From: Vicugna vicugna
Taxonomy: Eukaryota
NCBI GenBank assembly: GCA_013265495.1
Contig: MU061603.1
Location: 312,923 to 376,922 of the forward strand
DNA: 64,000 nucleotides
Direction: 5' to 3'
Shown here piece by piece: positions 62,165 through 64,000 of this stretch (its first letter is position 1; every line of letters starts with the position of its first letter). The position numbers and the translations under genes were made by a program. Under the pieces are notes generated by a model. It made no database searches, was not told the origin of the DNA, and saw only the letters and a list, made by a program, of their open reading frames with translations.

Positions 62165-64000
62165 CTGCAGCCAACAGACACAGGACGTGGGGATGGGTCC
62201 CCACTGTCTGCTCCCGGGACGGCACGAGGAAAGGAAAGCCGGGCCTTGTGCTGCCCCTGCTGTGAGGCCGGGCATGGTGCCCAGAGGAGAAGGAGCATGG
62301 GGGTCTCCTGACCTCATCAGCCCAATCCCTGAACTATGAACTGCTCCGGGCTGGCTCCCTGCACCTCCCTGGCCACTGGCCCTCTCACAATGCATCAGAT
62401 CCCCCCTTTCCCCTCCCCACCCAGGGCAGCCCTGAAGGGAAATGAGCCCAGGGTTCCAATCCCAGGACCCCGAGCCATCTCTGTGCACCACTGCCCTGGG
62501 CAGGGTGCTCACGCCTGCTTGCTAGCCAGAGGCCCGCATGAGAGCCACGGGGAGCATCTAACAGTCCCAGAAGCCCTGGGAACAGGCAAGCTCTGACCCT
62601 GGGCCCGTGACTGAGAGGGTGGGCTGCAGACCCAGCCTGCAGGGTGGCCCAAGGCTCTCCAAACCTGCCTTGAACAACAGATGGACTCCGTGGGCTGCAA
62701 ACTGTGTCTCAGTCACTTGTGGGAGAAACAAGATAATGTGCAAACGCCAAGATCAGACTGCAGGGCTCGGCACGCACCCCACCTCCCCAGCCACTCACGA
62801 CCCTGGGCTCCAGCCCCAGCTGGGGACACAGCAGCTCCAAGTCCTCCGGCGAGGCCCCGGGCGCGACCACCCTCGGAGGTGGGGGCAGCATCCCAGGAGC
62901 ACTTGCGCAAGGTAATGGGAGATGGCTTTAAAGGCTCCTTGTAAAGAGATTCACCGCAGTGGTGGAGGAGGGTTGTGCTCAGAAATCCTCTCAGGGGCCC
63001 CTGAGGGCGCCCCACACGGTTCCTCCAACTCCACGACGCCCACAGTGAAGTGAAAGCAGGAGGCGCATGACACGCCTTTGGTGGCACAGTCAGAGCTCAG
63101 GGCACGCACCACGGCCACAGTGATGCCCTCTGATGCTGTTTTCCTGTATTTTCCACTTTTCCCCCAAAAGGCAGACGTTATTTTACTTTTAAAAAGTCTG
63201 AAACAGGAAGCAGCATCGGGCCTGGCTGGTGTGCTCCAAGTAACAGAAGTGCAAGGTGGCCTTGAGGGAGGGGCGGGGGTCAGCCTCGGCGCCCCGGCCC
63301 CTCCCCAGCCTGGGCGTGTGAAGGCAGCCCTGAACGGCAGGTGTGTCAGTGGGACTCCCCAGACAGTGGTGACGTGCTGTAGCAAGAAGGCCAAGGAGGC
63401 CTAGTCGAGGGTAGGGGACACTGAAGCCCTGCGATTAGGACGTTGTCCGTGAGAAGGCAGGCAGGCCAGGAGACCAGGGTCACGCAGGGCCACACTGCCA
63501 CCACCCTCCAGCAGCCTGACACAGACTGCTCACCCTCAGGTCCCTCCCAGCAGCAGGTGCTCACAGTCCAACCACATCTCCACAACAGAGCAGATGCCCC
63601 GAGCCTGTGAGCTCACGGCCAAATCTCACTCCTGCTCCAAGACTCAGGGCTGATTGACGTGTCCACCTTGCTCAAATATGACACAGGCCCAGCCTGGATG
63701 CTGCCTCTCGGAAGCCCTCCCAGGTCCTTCACCAACGCTGACACGCAGCACCTGTCTCCTGACTAGCCGGGTACCAGGCTGAGCACACTGGTGAGGTGGT
63801 GCCCACCCCACCCCTGAACGCCCTGCTTCTGCACACAGTGTGCAGGCGTGCGGATGGCTGCGGGCCCCTCACAAGGAGGCACAGCGAGCCTGCCGTGTGC
63901 CCCCAGCTCTGCAGTCCTTTTGTTTGGACCATCTCCCTGTGCGTCCTTTCACCACGTCTTCCTCACACAATTCCTGTAATATGACTTCTATGCTCCCAAA

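Noticed and set aside
62165-64000. ADCY1 exon 5
   Set aside because: No match to the expected YYCVSGL...MGLDMI peptide; presumably beyond the window end.
1-64000. CRISPR arrays, operons or other prokaryotic systems
   Set aside because: Spliced mammalian DNA; no regularly spaced repeat-spacer structure seen.

Overview
Mammalian genomic DNA with seven N-gaps (829-997, 8715-8961, 9371-9732, 16663-16794, 38603-38616, 47317-47498, 47516-47669). It is most likely camelid, inferred from the tRNA-derived SINE family and L1 3' UTR type. About 23.9-62.2 kb on the minus strand holds 15 intron-separated exons matching exons 6-20 of adenylate cyclase type 1 (ADCY1). Exon lengths match the ADCY1 structure as I recall it and splice sites are largely intact. 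The copy is disabled: a +2 frameshift (exon 6), in-frame stops in exons 9, 13 and 16, a frameshifting deletion in exon 13, and Arg->Gln at the catalytic Arg of the C2 NxxxR motif. It is therefore an unprocessed ADCY1 pseudogene, either a duplicate or a lost gene. Left of it lie a CpG-island promoter (~9.2-10.4 kb) with splice donors pointing both ways and the 3' exons of an ARHGAP20-like RhoGAP on the plus strand (2.4-5.7 kb). The rest is L1, SINE, MIR/L2 and solo-LTR sequence. Less expected structure: a ghost copy of ADCY1 exon 9, a minisatellite built from the exon 11/donor junction, a TSD-flanked chimeric retro-insert, and a residual 262-codon C2-only ORF. I found no RNA gene, CRISPR array or clearly new multi-gene system. 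All comparisons to reference proteins and repeat consensus sequences are from memory, not database searches.
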